Assembly: GCA_002427605.1 (NCBI GenBank)
Contig: DIRT01000018.1
Coordinates: forward strand, 1,386-65,385
Source of the DNA: Bacteroidales bacterium UBA5429
Lineage (GTDB): Bacteria > Bacteroidota > Bacteroidia > Bacteroidales > WCHB1-69
Reading direction: 5' to 3'
DNA length: 64,000 nt
The notes beneath the pieces are model-generated. The model saw nothing but the letters and a program-made list of their open reading frames with translations. It searched no databases and was not told where the DNA came from. Position 1 is the first letter of the stretch. The number at the start of each line of letters is the position of its first letter. Shown here piece by piece: positions 40,402-50,192 of the stretch. A program made the translations under genes and the position numbers.

Positions 40402-41115
40402 TTAATAATTTATTGTCTCTTTTTTTCTTATATCTCTTGCATAATGACGCTTAATGCTTTTGATACCCATTTTCCACATAAAAATATCGAAAGCGATAAA
40501 AGCAACAAATATTAATGACATCATCAATTCACTTTCAACATGAGCATTATACATCAATAAAAAATTGAATGTTCCATGGAAAAGAAAAGGAACAAAGAAG
40601 CTTAAGAATAAATATATTTGTCTCTTATAATCATTTGAAAATTTCGCCAAGGCATAAAAATATCCCATCATAATCCCAAATAATCCGTGACCGGGAACAG
40701 ATAAGAGCCCCCTAAAAATAGAAACAACAAAACCATGCTCCGATACGTACATAATATTTTCGACCATGGCAAAACCCAATGATACAAATACGGCATAAAC
40801 TATACCATCATAACTTTGATTGAATGCTTTATTTCTCCATGTTACTTTTTTAAGAAAAAAGAATTTTGTACCCTCTTCCACCAGGGCAGCCACAATAAAA
40901 GCACGATATAAAGAGTGCAACAAGGGAGAATTGATTGAGTTACTATACGAATTCAAGAGAAGCTCAATCAAAAAAACAGGTATAATACTAAGGGCACCAA
41001 ATAAAAAGCATTTAGCTAAAAGTTTTTTCGGCTCTTTTTCAGAATCTTTTCTGTAAATAAAGGATAAGAAAACTATTACAGGTAAGATGGCTGAAATGAT
41101 AAGTGAGATATTCAT
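40402..41115 (-). CDS. prsW: PrsW family intramembrane metalloprotease
   Basis: AALVEEGTK, GFAMVEN, VPGH, FHG motifs; multi-TM. Confidence 0.88.
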   Translation of the reverse strand: MNISLIISAILPVIVFLSFIYRKDSEKEPKKLLAKCFLFGALSIIPVFLIELLLNSYSNSINSPLLHSLYRAFIVAALVEEGTKFFFLKKVTWRNKAFNQSYDGIVYAVFVSLGFAMVENIMYVSEHGFVVSIFRGLLSVPGHGLFGIMMGYFYALAKFSNDYKRQIYLFLSFFVPFLFHGTFNFLLMYNAHVESELMMSLIFVAFIAFDIFMWKMGIKSIKRHYARDIRKKETINY

Positions 41116-41161
41116 ACTGTTATTTTTCTATTTTGTTGATTTAAAAAGTGGTATGTGGTTT

Positions 41162-42328
41162 TTAAAAAATATCGTTATTCCATAACATTTTTAGAAATTC
41201 TAACGCCGGGTAAACCTCTATATTATTCATTCGGCGGGGGTATTTATCCAATGAAACAACAATAAGCCGACAATCGGGGAACTCTTCAGAAAAAGCTTTT
41301 AATCCTTTGGTATGGTGCGATTGTACTTCATCGGTAGATTTAATTTCGATGGCCACCTCGGCATTTCCGATAATGGCATCCACTTCGTATCCCGATGATG
41401 TGCGCCAATAAGAAAGATTTTGCAACGGTCTGAAATAGCCGATATAGGCGATAATTTCTTGTAAGATAAAATGCTCGAAAGCATGTCCAAACTCAGGCGA
41501 ACCCGGAATAAGGTTAGTCCTTTTCAAGAGAAAATTAGCAACACCCACATCGAAATAGTAAAATTTAGGAGATTGAATAACGCGGCGCTTTACATTTCGG
41601 GTAAATGCAGGAATGACGTAGCCGATTAGCGTTTCTTCCAAAATGGAAAAATACTCTTTCACGGTAGGAGCACTTATGCCACATTCCGAGGCGATGTTAT
41701 TATAGTTCAAAATTTCACCATTGCTTAGCGCAGCAACCTCCATAAATCGGGTAAAAGTATTTAAGTTTCGGGTCAGTGCTTCAGCCTTGATTTCCTGTTG
41801 AAGATAATCGCCAACATAAGCGTGGAGTCGGTTTGTAGCATTTTCCACTAAATAATGGGGTGGAAGCATTCCGTTATTGCAGGCTTTGATCAGGTCGAAT
41901 TCGAGAATTTCAGCACTTACAAAAGGATAGAGCTGTTTTCTGATAGCTCTGCCACCCAACAGGTTTACGCCGCTGCGACGTAGTTTGCGTGCACTGGAAC
42001 CACTCAAAATAAAACGAAGATGATGGTTGCTTATCAGCCAATGCACTTCGTCAAGCAAAGCAGGGATTTTTTGAATTTCGTCGATAATCACTAATTCATT
42101 CTCGGGAAGTAAACTTAGCTCTTCACGTAAAAGTGCCGGACGACGATTATAACGTGCAAATTCATCAGATTTTAATAAATCGATATAACGAACATCCGGG
42201 AATAGCATTTTGAGCAGTGTACTTTTACCGGTTTGACGAGCACCCCAAAGGAAAACACTCTCATTTTCAGCATCTTGAAAGTGTATTTTCCGTGATAACA
42301 TATTCAATGATTTCATAAATTGATCCAT
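41162..42328 (-). CDS. AAA_14 ATPase with DUF4143 domain
   Basis: GARQTGKST, IIDEIQK, LSGSS, PKFYYFDVG, YWRT...EVD, EIK; exact start uncertain. Confidence 0.9.
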   Translation of the reverse strand: MDQFMKSLNMLSRKIHFQDAENESVFLWGARQTGKSTLLKMLFPDVRYIDLLKSDEFARYNRRPALLREELSLLPENELVIIDEIQKIPALLDEVHWLISNHHLRFILSGSSARKLRRSGVNLLGGRAIRKQLYPFVSAEILEFDLIKACNNGMLPPHYLVENATNRLHAYVGDYLQQEIKAEALTRNLNTFTRFMEVAALSNGEILNYNNIASECGISAPTVKEYFSILEETLIGYVIPAFTRNVKRRVIQSPKFYYFDVGVANFLLKRTNLIPGSPEFGHAFEHFILQEIIAYIGYFRPLQNLSYWRTSSGYEVDAIIGNAEVAIEIKSTDEVQSHHTKGLKAFSEEFPDCRLIVVSLDKYPRRMNNIEVYPALEFLKMLWNNDIF

Positions 42329-42364
42329 TTTCATCGCGCAAAGATACAAAATTTTCGTGTAAAT

Positions 42365-42433
42365 CTAAAGTATAACTTTATTTTTACATGTATTTCTAAA
42401 GTTTGGCTTTATTTTTACATGTATTTCTAAAGT
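42365..42433. repeat. 31-bp direct tandem repeat (about 2.2 units) in the divergent promoter region
   Basis: CTAAAGT-nnnn-CTTTATTTTTACATGTATTT units start at 42365, 42396 and 42427. Confidence 0.85.
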
Positions 42434-42504
42434 ACTAACAGGTTGCGACCTGTCACTATTTGGATAAAAACTCATATCTTTGCAGATTATCAATTTTGTC
42501 ATTT

Positions 42505-43119
42505 ATGGATTTGCAGATTTTTCAATATGGGCAGGAAGAGATCGATTTTCTGAAAGCGCGGGATGAGCGGTTAGCTAAGGTCATAGAACGGTACGGAAAG
42601 ATTGAGCGGCGGGTGAATCCGGATCTGTTTTCGGCGTTGGTGGATATTATTGTCGGACAGCAGATCTCTACCAAAGCGCACCGTACCATTCGGGGACGAT
42701 TTTTGACGGAATTTGGGGCTATTACACCGGAAAGGATGGCACATTCCTCTGTTGAGCAGATCCAAAAAATGGGAATTTCATTCAGAAAAGCGGGAAATAT
42801 CAAAAAGTTGACAGATAAGGTGGTAAACCGGGAGCTTGACCTGGAGCAGTTGCATCACTCGTCGGATGAAGAGGTGTTGAAAGCATTGACCGGTCTGGAT
42901 GGAATCGGGATCTGGAGTGCAGAGATGCTGATGCTCTTTTCAATGCAACGTCCCAATATCCTGAGTTACGGAGACTTAGGGATTCATCGCGGATTGCAAA
43001 GAATATACGAGGTCCCCAAGGTGAGCAAGCAAGAGTTTATGCAGTACCATGAACGATACACCCCTTACGCCTCAGTGGCGAGCTTCTACCTGTGGGCTGT
43101 AGCGAGCGAACAGTCTTGA
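42505..43119 (+). CDS. alkA: DNA-3-methyladenine glycosylase (AlkA/HhH-GPD family)
   Basis: IVGQQIS, HhH LDGIGIWSAE, DLG, PYASVASFYLW. Confidence 0.88.
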   Translation: MDLQIFQYGQEEIDFLKARDERLAKVIERYGKIERRVNPDLFSALVDIIVGQQISTKAHRTIRGRFLTEFGAITPERMAHSSVEQIQKMGISFRKAGNIKKLTDKVVNRELDLEQLHHSSDEEVLKALTGLDGIGIWSAEMLMLFSMQRPNILSYGDLGIHRGLQRIYEVPKVSKQEFMQYHERYTPYASVASFYLWAVASEQS

Positions 43120-43201
43120 AAAGTCGAAAGTCGAAAGTAAATTTAGGATTAACAATCTGACACTCAAATTCGCACTATTTCGGATTTTATTTTATTTTTT
43201 C

Positions 43202-43320
43202 TTTTGGAAATAAAAAAAAAGGGGGGCAGACAAGGCTTTCCTTTTTAGTTATTTTATTTCCCCACTCTGGAATGTAAACCTTTTTGAATATGAGTGATCA
43301 ATTACGAATTACGAATTACG
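43202..43320 (+). repeat. Dispersed element copy E, ending in (AATTACG)x3
   Basis: TTTTGGAAATA9GGGGGGCAG...TTTCCCCACTCTGGAATGTAAACCTTTTTG...GATCAATTACG. Confidence 0.88.
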
Positions 43321-43533
43321 TTTTGAACTGTCATGGAATCAATTCTATATCCTAATTTCTAAATTTACAATCATGTCACCCCTACGGGGTTATTGAAAAG
43401 TCGAAAGTTTTTGCTATAAATTGAAAATGGTTAAATATCTAATGTATTTCATTGATATTCAAATAATTCCGAAATCCGAAATCCGAAATTATGTTGATTT
43501 CGATTTCCGCCTTTTTTTACTCCCGAAATCTGT

Positions 43534-46413
43534 CTATCTCTTTCTCCTTTTCGGTTTCTCTTTCGTAAACAGATCCGCGGTATATTTTTCGTAAAGATCG
43601 AAAAGATAAACCATTCTGTTAGCTTCGCCGGTGAATGGTTGCGGACGATATGCCAAATCTACTGCTTTGTCCAGTTCGTTGTGTGCTTTAACCAATGCAG
43701 GAGGCATCGTCAAAGGATCGTAAAGGTCTGCCAAAGTGCTGTTTGGAAATTCCAGACGAGTATCTAAAACCTTTTGCGCTGCTTCTTCTATGGCTTTTAT
43801 TTGCTTTTCGGTTGGATTTTCAGGCCAAGGATAATTTGTATAAACTATTTCGTTTGAATATCTTAATCTACTTTCTAATCTTCCACAAACTGACTTTACC
43901 CAAGCCATATGCATTGTTGACATTAATATACCAAAATGAAAAAGACCACCATTGGGAATTATATGGCAACTATTATTTGCAATATCATCTTTTCCAAAAA
44001 ATCCCATCGGAATATACTTTCTGTTTTCAGAAGTCGTACTTGGAATTAAAACATAATCACTTTCGGGATGTCTGTCTTCGCCAAATAAGGTTGGAAAAGC
44101 TGCAAGTTTTTGTGTTGTTTGTCTTGAGCTTTTAGCTCTTAATTTTCTTACATTTTCGATTCGTTCTGTAATAAATTTTGCATTTTTTAATTCACTTGGA
44201 TCAGCATTTTTAAGCCATAAACACCAACGTTTGCGACCATTTAGAAATTCGTATGCCGAAATAAGGGGTTTAAAAAATTTTTCTGAGATTGGTTCTTTTG
44301 TTACAAACTCCTTTTTTTCTTCGTCTGTAAACAAAAAATTGCCGCCATCATTGGGCATACTTCCAAATGACATTTCAGGCACGTTGCAAATAGGTTTTTT
44401 GCGTTTATCAATAAAAATGTCCTTTGTATCAACTAAGTAAGGATTGATATTCTTAACTTTTATTTCGTGTGCTTCTCCTCTAATATCTTCATACTCAAAA
44501 ATGCTCTTGTTGTTGGTATCATAATTAGCGAAACCAATTATGATACAATAAACTGCTGCATTTCCTTTAGCTTCATTAATCCATTTAAAAGTACGATGAG
44601 CAAAATGAATTTTGATATTGTAATAATTGAATAACAAGTTCCATAAAATACCCACTTGTTCTCCCTGAGTAATAGAATTGGTGGAAACAAAAGCAACTTT
44701 GGTTGGAGTGTTTGCAATGAGTTGAGCAGCTTTCATATACCATGCAGCTACGTAATCCAGTACACCGAAACCTTTTACTCCCGAAAATACTCGTTGCATA
44801 TCCAACTTTTGCTCCATGTTTTGCTCTTTCTTACCCACGAAAGGAGGATTGCCGAGAACATAATCGAAATGGATTTTTCCTGAAAAAGTTTTAGGATAAG
44901 TCCCCTCGAAAATCTGCACTTTTTTACTGAAAATATTTACGGTATCGTATTGAACTTCAGGCTCATTGACCATAATTATATTGGTAGTATTGGCTTTTAT
45001 ATCAACTTCCGCATTTTTAGTCAGTGCCGACCAATCCATTTGAAGTGCATTTCCTACTGTTATATGTGCCGATTTATTCAATGGTAAACGAGCGTAATAT
45101 TGTCCAAACTCATGGCTAATCCGCATATTCATCTGGTGATCAATCAGCCACATCGCTACTTCGGCAATTCGTGCAGGAAACTCTTCGTACTCAATACCGT
45201 AAAATTGATCAACATCAATAAGAATAATGCTACTGATATCAAGCACTCGTTGTCCGGATTTGTACAACTCCCGTAAAACTTCTAATTCCAGCAATCGCAA
45301 TTCCCGATAGGTGATTACCAGGAAGTTACCGCATCCGCAGGCTGGGTCAAGAAATTTAAGCGTGCTTAACTTTTTATGAAATTCTGTAAGTCTGTTTTTA
45401 TTGCCTTTGATATTTTCAAACTCTTTCCAAAGATCATCCAGGAAAAGTGGTTTGATCAGTTTTAAGATATTGGTTTCGCTTGTATAGTGTGCTCCAAGAT
45501 TTCTGCGTTCCTTCGGATTCATTACACTTTGGAACATGGACCCAAAAATAGCAGGGGAAATCTTACTCCAGTCGATGTGGGTACAATTCAAAAGAGCCTG
45601 ACGCATTTTGCTGTCGAAACTTGCCGTGGGCAGAATCTCTTCAAACAACTTTCCGTTAACATACGGAAATTCAGCCAATTGCTCATCCAGATTTTTAAAT
45701 CTTTGCTCTTTTGGCGTGTTGAGCACCTGAAAAAGTTCTTGCAGTTTCGCTGCCAGGTCACTCCCGTCAACATGGGTACGATGTTCGATATATTCCTGAA
45801 ACTGTTGTTTCTCAAAAATGGTGGTATCTTCAGCAAACAGACAGAAAAGCAAACGCACCAAATAGACTTCCAAAGGGTGTCCGGTATAGCCAATCTCTTT
45901 CAGTCTGTCGTGCAGTTTCCCCATTAACTCGGCTGCTTCTATATTCGCCGGATCCTCTTCTTTGTAAACCTTTTTTTGATAGCCCAATAAGTATCCGAAA
46001 TGCTGAACGTTGTTGATCAAGTCGTTTAGTTTGAACTCTACAAGAGATTCATCTTCAAGGTCATAAAGACGAAAGTTTTCAAAATCGGATACCAGAATAT
46101 ATTTCGGCAATTCATGTTGTTCAAGACCATGAGTGTACTCAATCGCCTGTTGATATGCTCTATCCAGGTTTTTCCCGCGACTTTTCATTTCAATCAAAAT
46201 CGTACCCTTCCAAAGCATGTCGATATAGCCATCTGAGTCGTCCAGCTTTTTAACTCTATGTTCAAAAGTACCAACCCTTTTCCTGCTGATACCAAACACA
46301 TTAAAAAACTCCACCAAAAACGGCTTCGCATCCGCCTCTTCACTCGCGGCATCCGCCCACTCCTTCGAAAACTTCAGCGCCCTATCCTTTATCTCATTCC
46401 AGCTTAATGGCAT
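43534..46413 (-). CDS. MmeI-like type IIL restriction-modification enzyme (endonuclease + N6-adenine MTase + TRD)
   Basis: MPLSWNEI start, YID...IEMKSRG, GAHYTSE, DPACGCGNF (motif I), GNPPF (motif IV), C-terminal LADLYDP..MP. Confidence 0.93.
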   Translation of the reverse strand: MPLSWNEIKDRALKFSKEWADAASEEADAKPFLVEFFNVFGISRKRVGTFEHRVKKLDDSDGYIDMLWKGTILIEMKSRGKNLDRAYQQAIEYTHGLEQHELPKYILVSDFENFRLYDLEDESLVEFKLNDLINNVQHFGYLLGYQKKVYKEEDPANIEAAELMGKLHDRLKEIGYTGHPLEVYLVRLLFCLFAEDTTIFEKQQFQEYIEHRTHVDGSDLAAKLQELFQVLNTPKEQRFKNLDEQLAEFPYVNGKLFEEILPTASFDSKMRQALLNCTHIDWSKISPAIFGSMFQSVMNPKERRNLGAHYTSETNILKLIKPLFLDDLWKEFENIKGNKNRLTEFHKKLSTLKFLDPACGCGNFLVITYRELRLLELEVLRELYKSGQRVLDISSIILIDVDQFYGIEYEEFPARIAEVAMWLIDHQMNMRISHEFGQYYARLPLNKSAHITVGNALQMDWSALTKNAEVDIKANTTNIIMVNEPEVQYDTVNIFSKKVQIFEGTYPKTFSGKIHFDYVLGNPPFVGKKEQNMEQKLDMQRVFSGVKGFGVLDYVAAWYMKAAQLIANTPTKVAFVSTNSITQGEQVGILWNLLFNYYNIKIHFAHRTFKWINEAKGNAAVYCIIIGFANYDTNNKSIFEYEDIRGEAHEIKVKNINPYLVDTKDIFIDKRKKPICNVPEMSFGSMPNDGGNFLFTDEEKKEFVTKEPISEKFFKPLISAYEFLNGRKRWCLWLKNADPSELKNAKFITERIENVRKLRAKSSRQTTQKLAAFPTLFGEDRHPESDYVLIPSTTSENRKYIPMGFFGKDDIANNSCHIIPNGGLFHFGILMSTMHMAWVKSVCGRLESRLRYSNEIVYTNYPWPENPTEKQIKAIEEAAQKVLDTRLEFPNSTLADLYDPLTMPPALVKAHNELDKAVDLAYRPQPFTGEANRMVYLFDLYEKYTADLFTKEKPKRRKR

Positions 46414-46548
46414 AATTTAATTTTGTAATTCAAGCTACAAATGTACAACAAAAACCTTAATTAGGATTAATAGGATTAAAAGATTTTAGGATTAAAAAAA
46501 GGCGGAAAGCGGAAGTCGAAAGTCGAAAGTTTTTTCATTTCTAAGTCC

Positions 46549-46670
46549 CGTAATTTGTAATTCGTAATTCGTGTCATTTTCTAAAAGGTATTATATTCCA
46601 GAGTGGGGTGATGGATTAACAAAAAAGACACCTCAAATCCTGCCCCCCTTTTATTTTTATTTCCAAAAAA
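46549..46670 (-). repeat. Dispersed element copy F (inverted relative to E)
   Basis: Near-identical core to copy C; immediately downstream of the murG stop. Confidence 0.9.
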
Positions 46671-46675
46671 AGAGT

Positions 46676-47785
46676 CTACTTTTTAAGATTCAAAATCGCA
46701 TTGACAATATCCTCAATCGCATTGGGGAAGGAGAATTGTTTCATTTTTTCACCCATTTGGATGGCGCGTTCCTCATCTTCCAGTAATGCCGTTAGGTTCG
46801 GGATTAATTGGCTATGTACCTCACTATCAGGGATCATAATGGCTGCACCATGGGTTGACAGCGCGGACGCGTTCATGGTTTGGTGATCTTCCGCCGCATA
46901 AGGGAACGGAATCAGGATTGTGGGCGTTCCAATCAGGGTGAGCTCCGCAATCGCCAACGCGCCGGCACGGGAAACAATCAGATCGGCAACGCTGTAAGCA
47001 TGGTCCATCCGCTGAATAAAGGGCACAATCTTGATATTTTCACTTTGGATTTGAATCCAATGGGGGGGAAGCGTTTTGTAAAACAGCTCGCCCGTTTGCC
47101 AAATCAGTTGTAGCTGAGGATTATTAAAGGTGTCCATATTGGAAGCAATGGTCTGGTTGATAGAGCGTGCTCCCAGACTGCCGCCCATCACTAAAATGGT
47201 CTTTTTATTGGGATCCAATCCGAAATATTCGAATGCTTCCTCTCTTTTTTTGACTACCTGACTGATCTCCGCACGGACGGGATTACCGGTTAATACAATC
47301 TTCTCTTTGGGGAAATATTTCTCCAATCCTTCATAAGCGACAAAGATTTTTTGCACTTTTTTAGCAACCCAGCGGTTGGTCATGCCGGGATAGGAGTTTT
47401 GCTCCTGGATTACAGCAGGAATTTTGAGCGCAGTGGCAGCCCGAAGGGCAGGACCGCTGGCAAAACCACCCACACCAATAACTACATCCGGATTGAAAAA
47501 GCGAATGATCTTTTTCGCTTTGTTGTACGCCTTGAGTAGCACAAAAGGAAGCTTGAGATTGCTCATGATTCCCTTGAGGTTAAAATCTCTGCTTACTCCG
47601 TAAATTTTCAATCCTTCGATAGGATAACCGGCATCGGGAACCCTTTTCATCTCCATCTTATTTTCAGCACCAATAAAGAGAATGTCAGCATCCGGAACCT
47701 CTTTTTTGATCTGGTTGGCAATCGCTAAGGCGGGGAAAATGTGTCCTCCGGTTCCCCCTCCGGAGATGATAAAACGTTTATTCAT
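46676..47785 (-). CDS. murG: Undecaprenyldiphospho-muramoylpentapeptide beta-N-acetylglucosaminyltransferase
   Basis: GGGTGGHIFP, GVGGFAS, EQN, GNPVR, GGSLGA, SRAGA, DHQ..NA. Confidence 0.96.
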   Translation of the reverse strand: MNKRFIISGGGTGGHIFPALAIANQIKKEVPDADILFIGAENKMEMKRVPDAGYPIEGLKIYGVSRDFNLKGIMSNLKLPFVLLKAYNKAKKIIRFFNPDVVIGVGGFASGPALRAATALKIPAVIQEQNSYPGMTNRWVAKKVQKIFVAYEGLEKYFPKEKIVLTGNPVRAEISQVVKKREEAFEYFGLDPNKKTILVMGGSLGARSINQTIASNMDTFNNPQLQLIWQTGELFYKTLPPHWIQIQSENIKIVPFIQRMDHAYSVADLIVSRAGALAIAELTLIGTPTILIPFPYAAEDHQTMNASALSTHGAAIMIPDSEVHSQLIPNLTALLEDEERAIQMGEKMKQFSFPNAIEDIVNAILNLKK

Positions 47786-47808
47786 GGTGATTCATTTTTT
47801 ATTTCATA

Positions 47809-48831
47809 TCAGGAGTAAATTATTTTGAGATCGCGGATGAAGAGCTCAATATCCTCGGGAGTAGTGTCCCAGGAGGTGACTAACCGAATCTCGTTGTTGG
47901 CTTCATCCCACACGTAAAAGAAGTGGTTTTCCAGCAATTGATCTATTTTTTCTCGGTCCATCTTGACAATGATGATATTGCCTTGTGTGGGATAAGTAAA
48001 CTCAAAAGGATGGATGAGGCTCATCTCCTTTCTGAGCAGTTGTGCCATTTGGTTGGCGTGTGTGGCATTGGTAAGCCATAGATTATCAGCAAGATAAGCC
48101 ATAAATTGTGCTGACGCAAATCGCATCTTGGAAAAGAGTTGAGTTGATTGCTTGCGTATCAACTTCATATTTTCAGCCAGTTCCGGGCGCAGTGTAATCA
48201 CGGCTTCACCCATCATCATCCCATTTTTGGTTCCCCCGAAACTGAGGATATCAACCCCTACATCGGTAGTCATCTCTTTGAAGCTGCATTGCAATGTTGC
48301 AGCGGCATTGGCAATCCGGGCGCCATCCATGTGCAAATACATGTTGTTTTGGTGCAACAGATTGGCGAGAGTTTGGATCTCAGCAGGTGTGTAGAGGGTT
48401 CCCAGTTCCGTTAATTGAGAGATATAGAGCACTTTAGGTTGGGAGTGGTGTTCAAAACCAATCAGGTGGAGCATTGATTCAACCATCGCGGGAGTAACCT
48501 TACCATCGAGAGTTTTAAAACTCTTGAGTGCAGCTCCGGTGAGCCATTCGGGTGCACCACACTCATCAATATAGATATGTCCCGTTTCGGCAGTGAGTAT
48601 GGCGTTGAACGGTTGCGTGCAGGCGCGCAAAGCACAGATATTGGCGCCGGTACCGTTGAAAACAGGAAAAAAGTCAGCCTGCTCTCCAAAATATTTCCGA
48701 ATGAGTTGGGCTGCTTCTGCGGTGTAGCTGTCATCACCATAAGCTAATTGATGATTACGGTTTGCACTAAGCAATGCATCCATAATTTTGGGATGCACTC
48801 CGGAATGATTATCACTACCAAAACTTCGCAT
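47809..48831 (-). CDS. ltaE: Low-specificity L-threonine aldolase
   Basis: FGSDN, GTGAN, HMDGAR, SFGGTKNG, RLVTSW. Confidence 0.9.
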   Translation of the reverse strand: MRSFGSDNHSGVHPKIMDALLSANRNHQLAYGDDSYTAEAAQLIRKYFGEQADFFPVFNGTGANICALRACTQPFNAILTAETGHIYIDECGAPEWLTGAALKSFKTLDGKVTPAMVESMLHLIGFEHHSQPKVLYISQLTELGTLYTPAEIQTLANLLHQNNMYLHMDGARIANAAATLQCSFKEMTTDVGVDILSFGGTKNGMMMGEAVITLRPELAENMKLIRKQSTQLFSKMRFASAQFMAYLADNLWLTNATHANQMAQLLRKEMSLIHPFEFTYPTQGNIIIVKMDREKIDQLLENHFFYVWDEANNEIRLVTSWDTTPEDIELFIRDLKIIYS

Positions 48832-48942
48832 AAAAGAAACTTTAAAACAATCAACAAAAATAGTAAAATTTAATGAAACAGCTCCCCTGAATTTGAATTG
48901 TTAAAATATCTTAATGAACTGGAAAAATCCTCTGTTTTTCGG

Positions 48943-48950
48943 TACCTTTG
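48943..48950 (+). promoter_or_regulatory. -7 element of ackA
   Basis: TACCTTTG. Confidence 0.55.
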
Positions 48951-48995
48951 CACCGTTTTTTCAAATAACCCTATAAAATATATTATTACCTGATT

Positions 48996-50192
48996 ATGAA
49001 CATTTTAGTATTAAATTGTGGAAGCTCATCAATCAAATATCAATTGATTTCTATGAATGACACCACTGAGTTGAAGGCAAAAGGCTTGGTTGAACGTATT
49101 GGTTTAGAGGTAGGAGAGTTTACTCATCGCCCTACCGGTAAAGATAAATATTCAGTTCAAACTCCAATTAAGGATCACAGCGTTGGAATTAAGTTGGTTT
49201 TGGACGCGTTGGTAGATCCTCAACATGGCGTTTTGTCATCCATTGATCAGATTAATGCGGTAGGACATCGTGTTGCTCATGGTGGTGAGTACTTCAAAAA
49301 GAGTGCTTTGATTGATAAGGAAGCGTTGGAATATATTAGAAAATGTTCAGAATTGGCTCCTATACATAATCCTGCTAATTTAATGGGTATCGAGGTGATG
49401 CAAAAGATGTTGCCTAACGTGAAACAAGTTGCAGTATTTGATACCTCTTTCCACCAAACTATGCCACCTGAAGCATTCTTGTACGCTATTCCTTATAAAT
49501 ACTATGAAGAAAATAAGGTTAGACGCTACGGATTCCATGGAACCAGTCACAAATTTGTAGCTCCTAAAGCAGCACAGATTTTAGGTAAGAAATATGAAGA
49601 TCTTAAAATTATCGTTTGTCACTTAGGAAACGGAGCTTCCATATGCGCTATCAAAAATGGTGAATCTGTAGACACATCTATGGGCTTTACTCCGGTTGAA
49701 GGATTGGTGATGGGTACCAGAGCTGGTGATCTAGACTCAGGAGCATTGCTTTATATCGCTGAAAAAGAGGGGTTGGACTATAAAGGAATGAACAAACTGG
49801 TAAACAAAGAATCCGGATTACTTGGAATTACAGGGAAAAGTTCCGATATGAGAGATATCAATGACGGTGTTGAAGCGGGTGACAAGCGCAGTATTTACGC
49901 TCATAAAGCATTCTGTTATAGAGTGAAAAAATATATCGGAGCTTACGCTGCCGCCATGGATGGTGTTGATTTGATCATATTAACCGGTGGAATTGGAGAA
50001 AATGCAATAGAACAAAGAGAAGAGATTTTGAAAGATCTCAAGTTCTTTGGTGTTGATTTTGATCCGGTTGCTAACCAAACCAGAGGAAAAGATGCAGTGA
50101 TTACCAAACCCGGAAGCAAAACCACAGTGATGGTTGTTACCACCGACGAAGAATTGGTGATTGCAACAGATACTTATAACCTTACAAAGTAA
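48996..50192 (+). CDS. ackA: Acetate kinase
   Basis: LNCGSSSIK, GHRVAHGG, RRYGFHGTSH, HLGNGAS, TGGIGEN, TDEE. Confidence 0.96.
   Translation: MNILVLNCGSSSIKYQLISMNDTTELKAKGLVERIGLEVGEFTHRPTGKDKYSVQTPIKDHSVGIKLVLDALVDPQHGVLSSIDQINAVGHRVAHGGEYFKKSALIDKEALEYIRKCSELAPIHNPANLMGIEVMQKMLPNVKQVAVFDTSFHQTMPPEAFLYAIPYKYYEENKVRRYGFHGTSHKFVAPKAAQILGKKYEDLKIIVCHLGNGASICAIKNGESVDTSMGFTPVEGLVMGTRAGDLDSGALLYIAEKEGLDYKGMNKLVNKESGLLGITGKSSDMRDINDGVEAGDKRSIYAHKAFCYRVKKYIGAYAAAMDGVDLIILTGGIGENAIEQREEILKDLKFFGVDFDPVANQTRGKDAVITKPGSKTTVMVVTTDEELVIATDTYNLTK

Noticed and set aside
41120-41161. AAAACCACATACCAC after the AAA_14 stop as an attC lead-in
   Set aside because: No AAC box and no complementary arm; too degenerate to support
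42365-42433. 31-bp repeats as CRISPR or plasmid iterons
   Set aside because: Only 4 variable nt between units, about two copies, and no cas or rep gene
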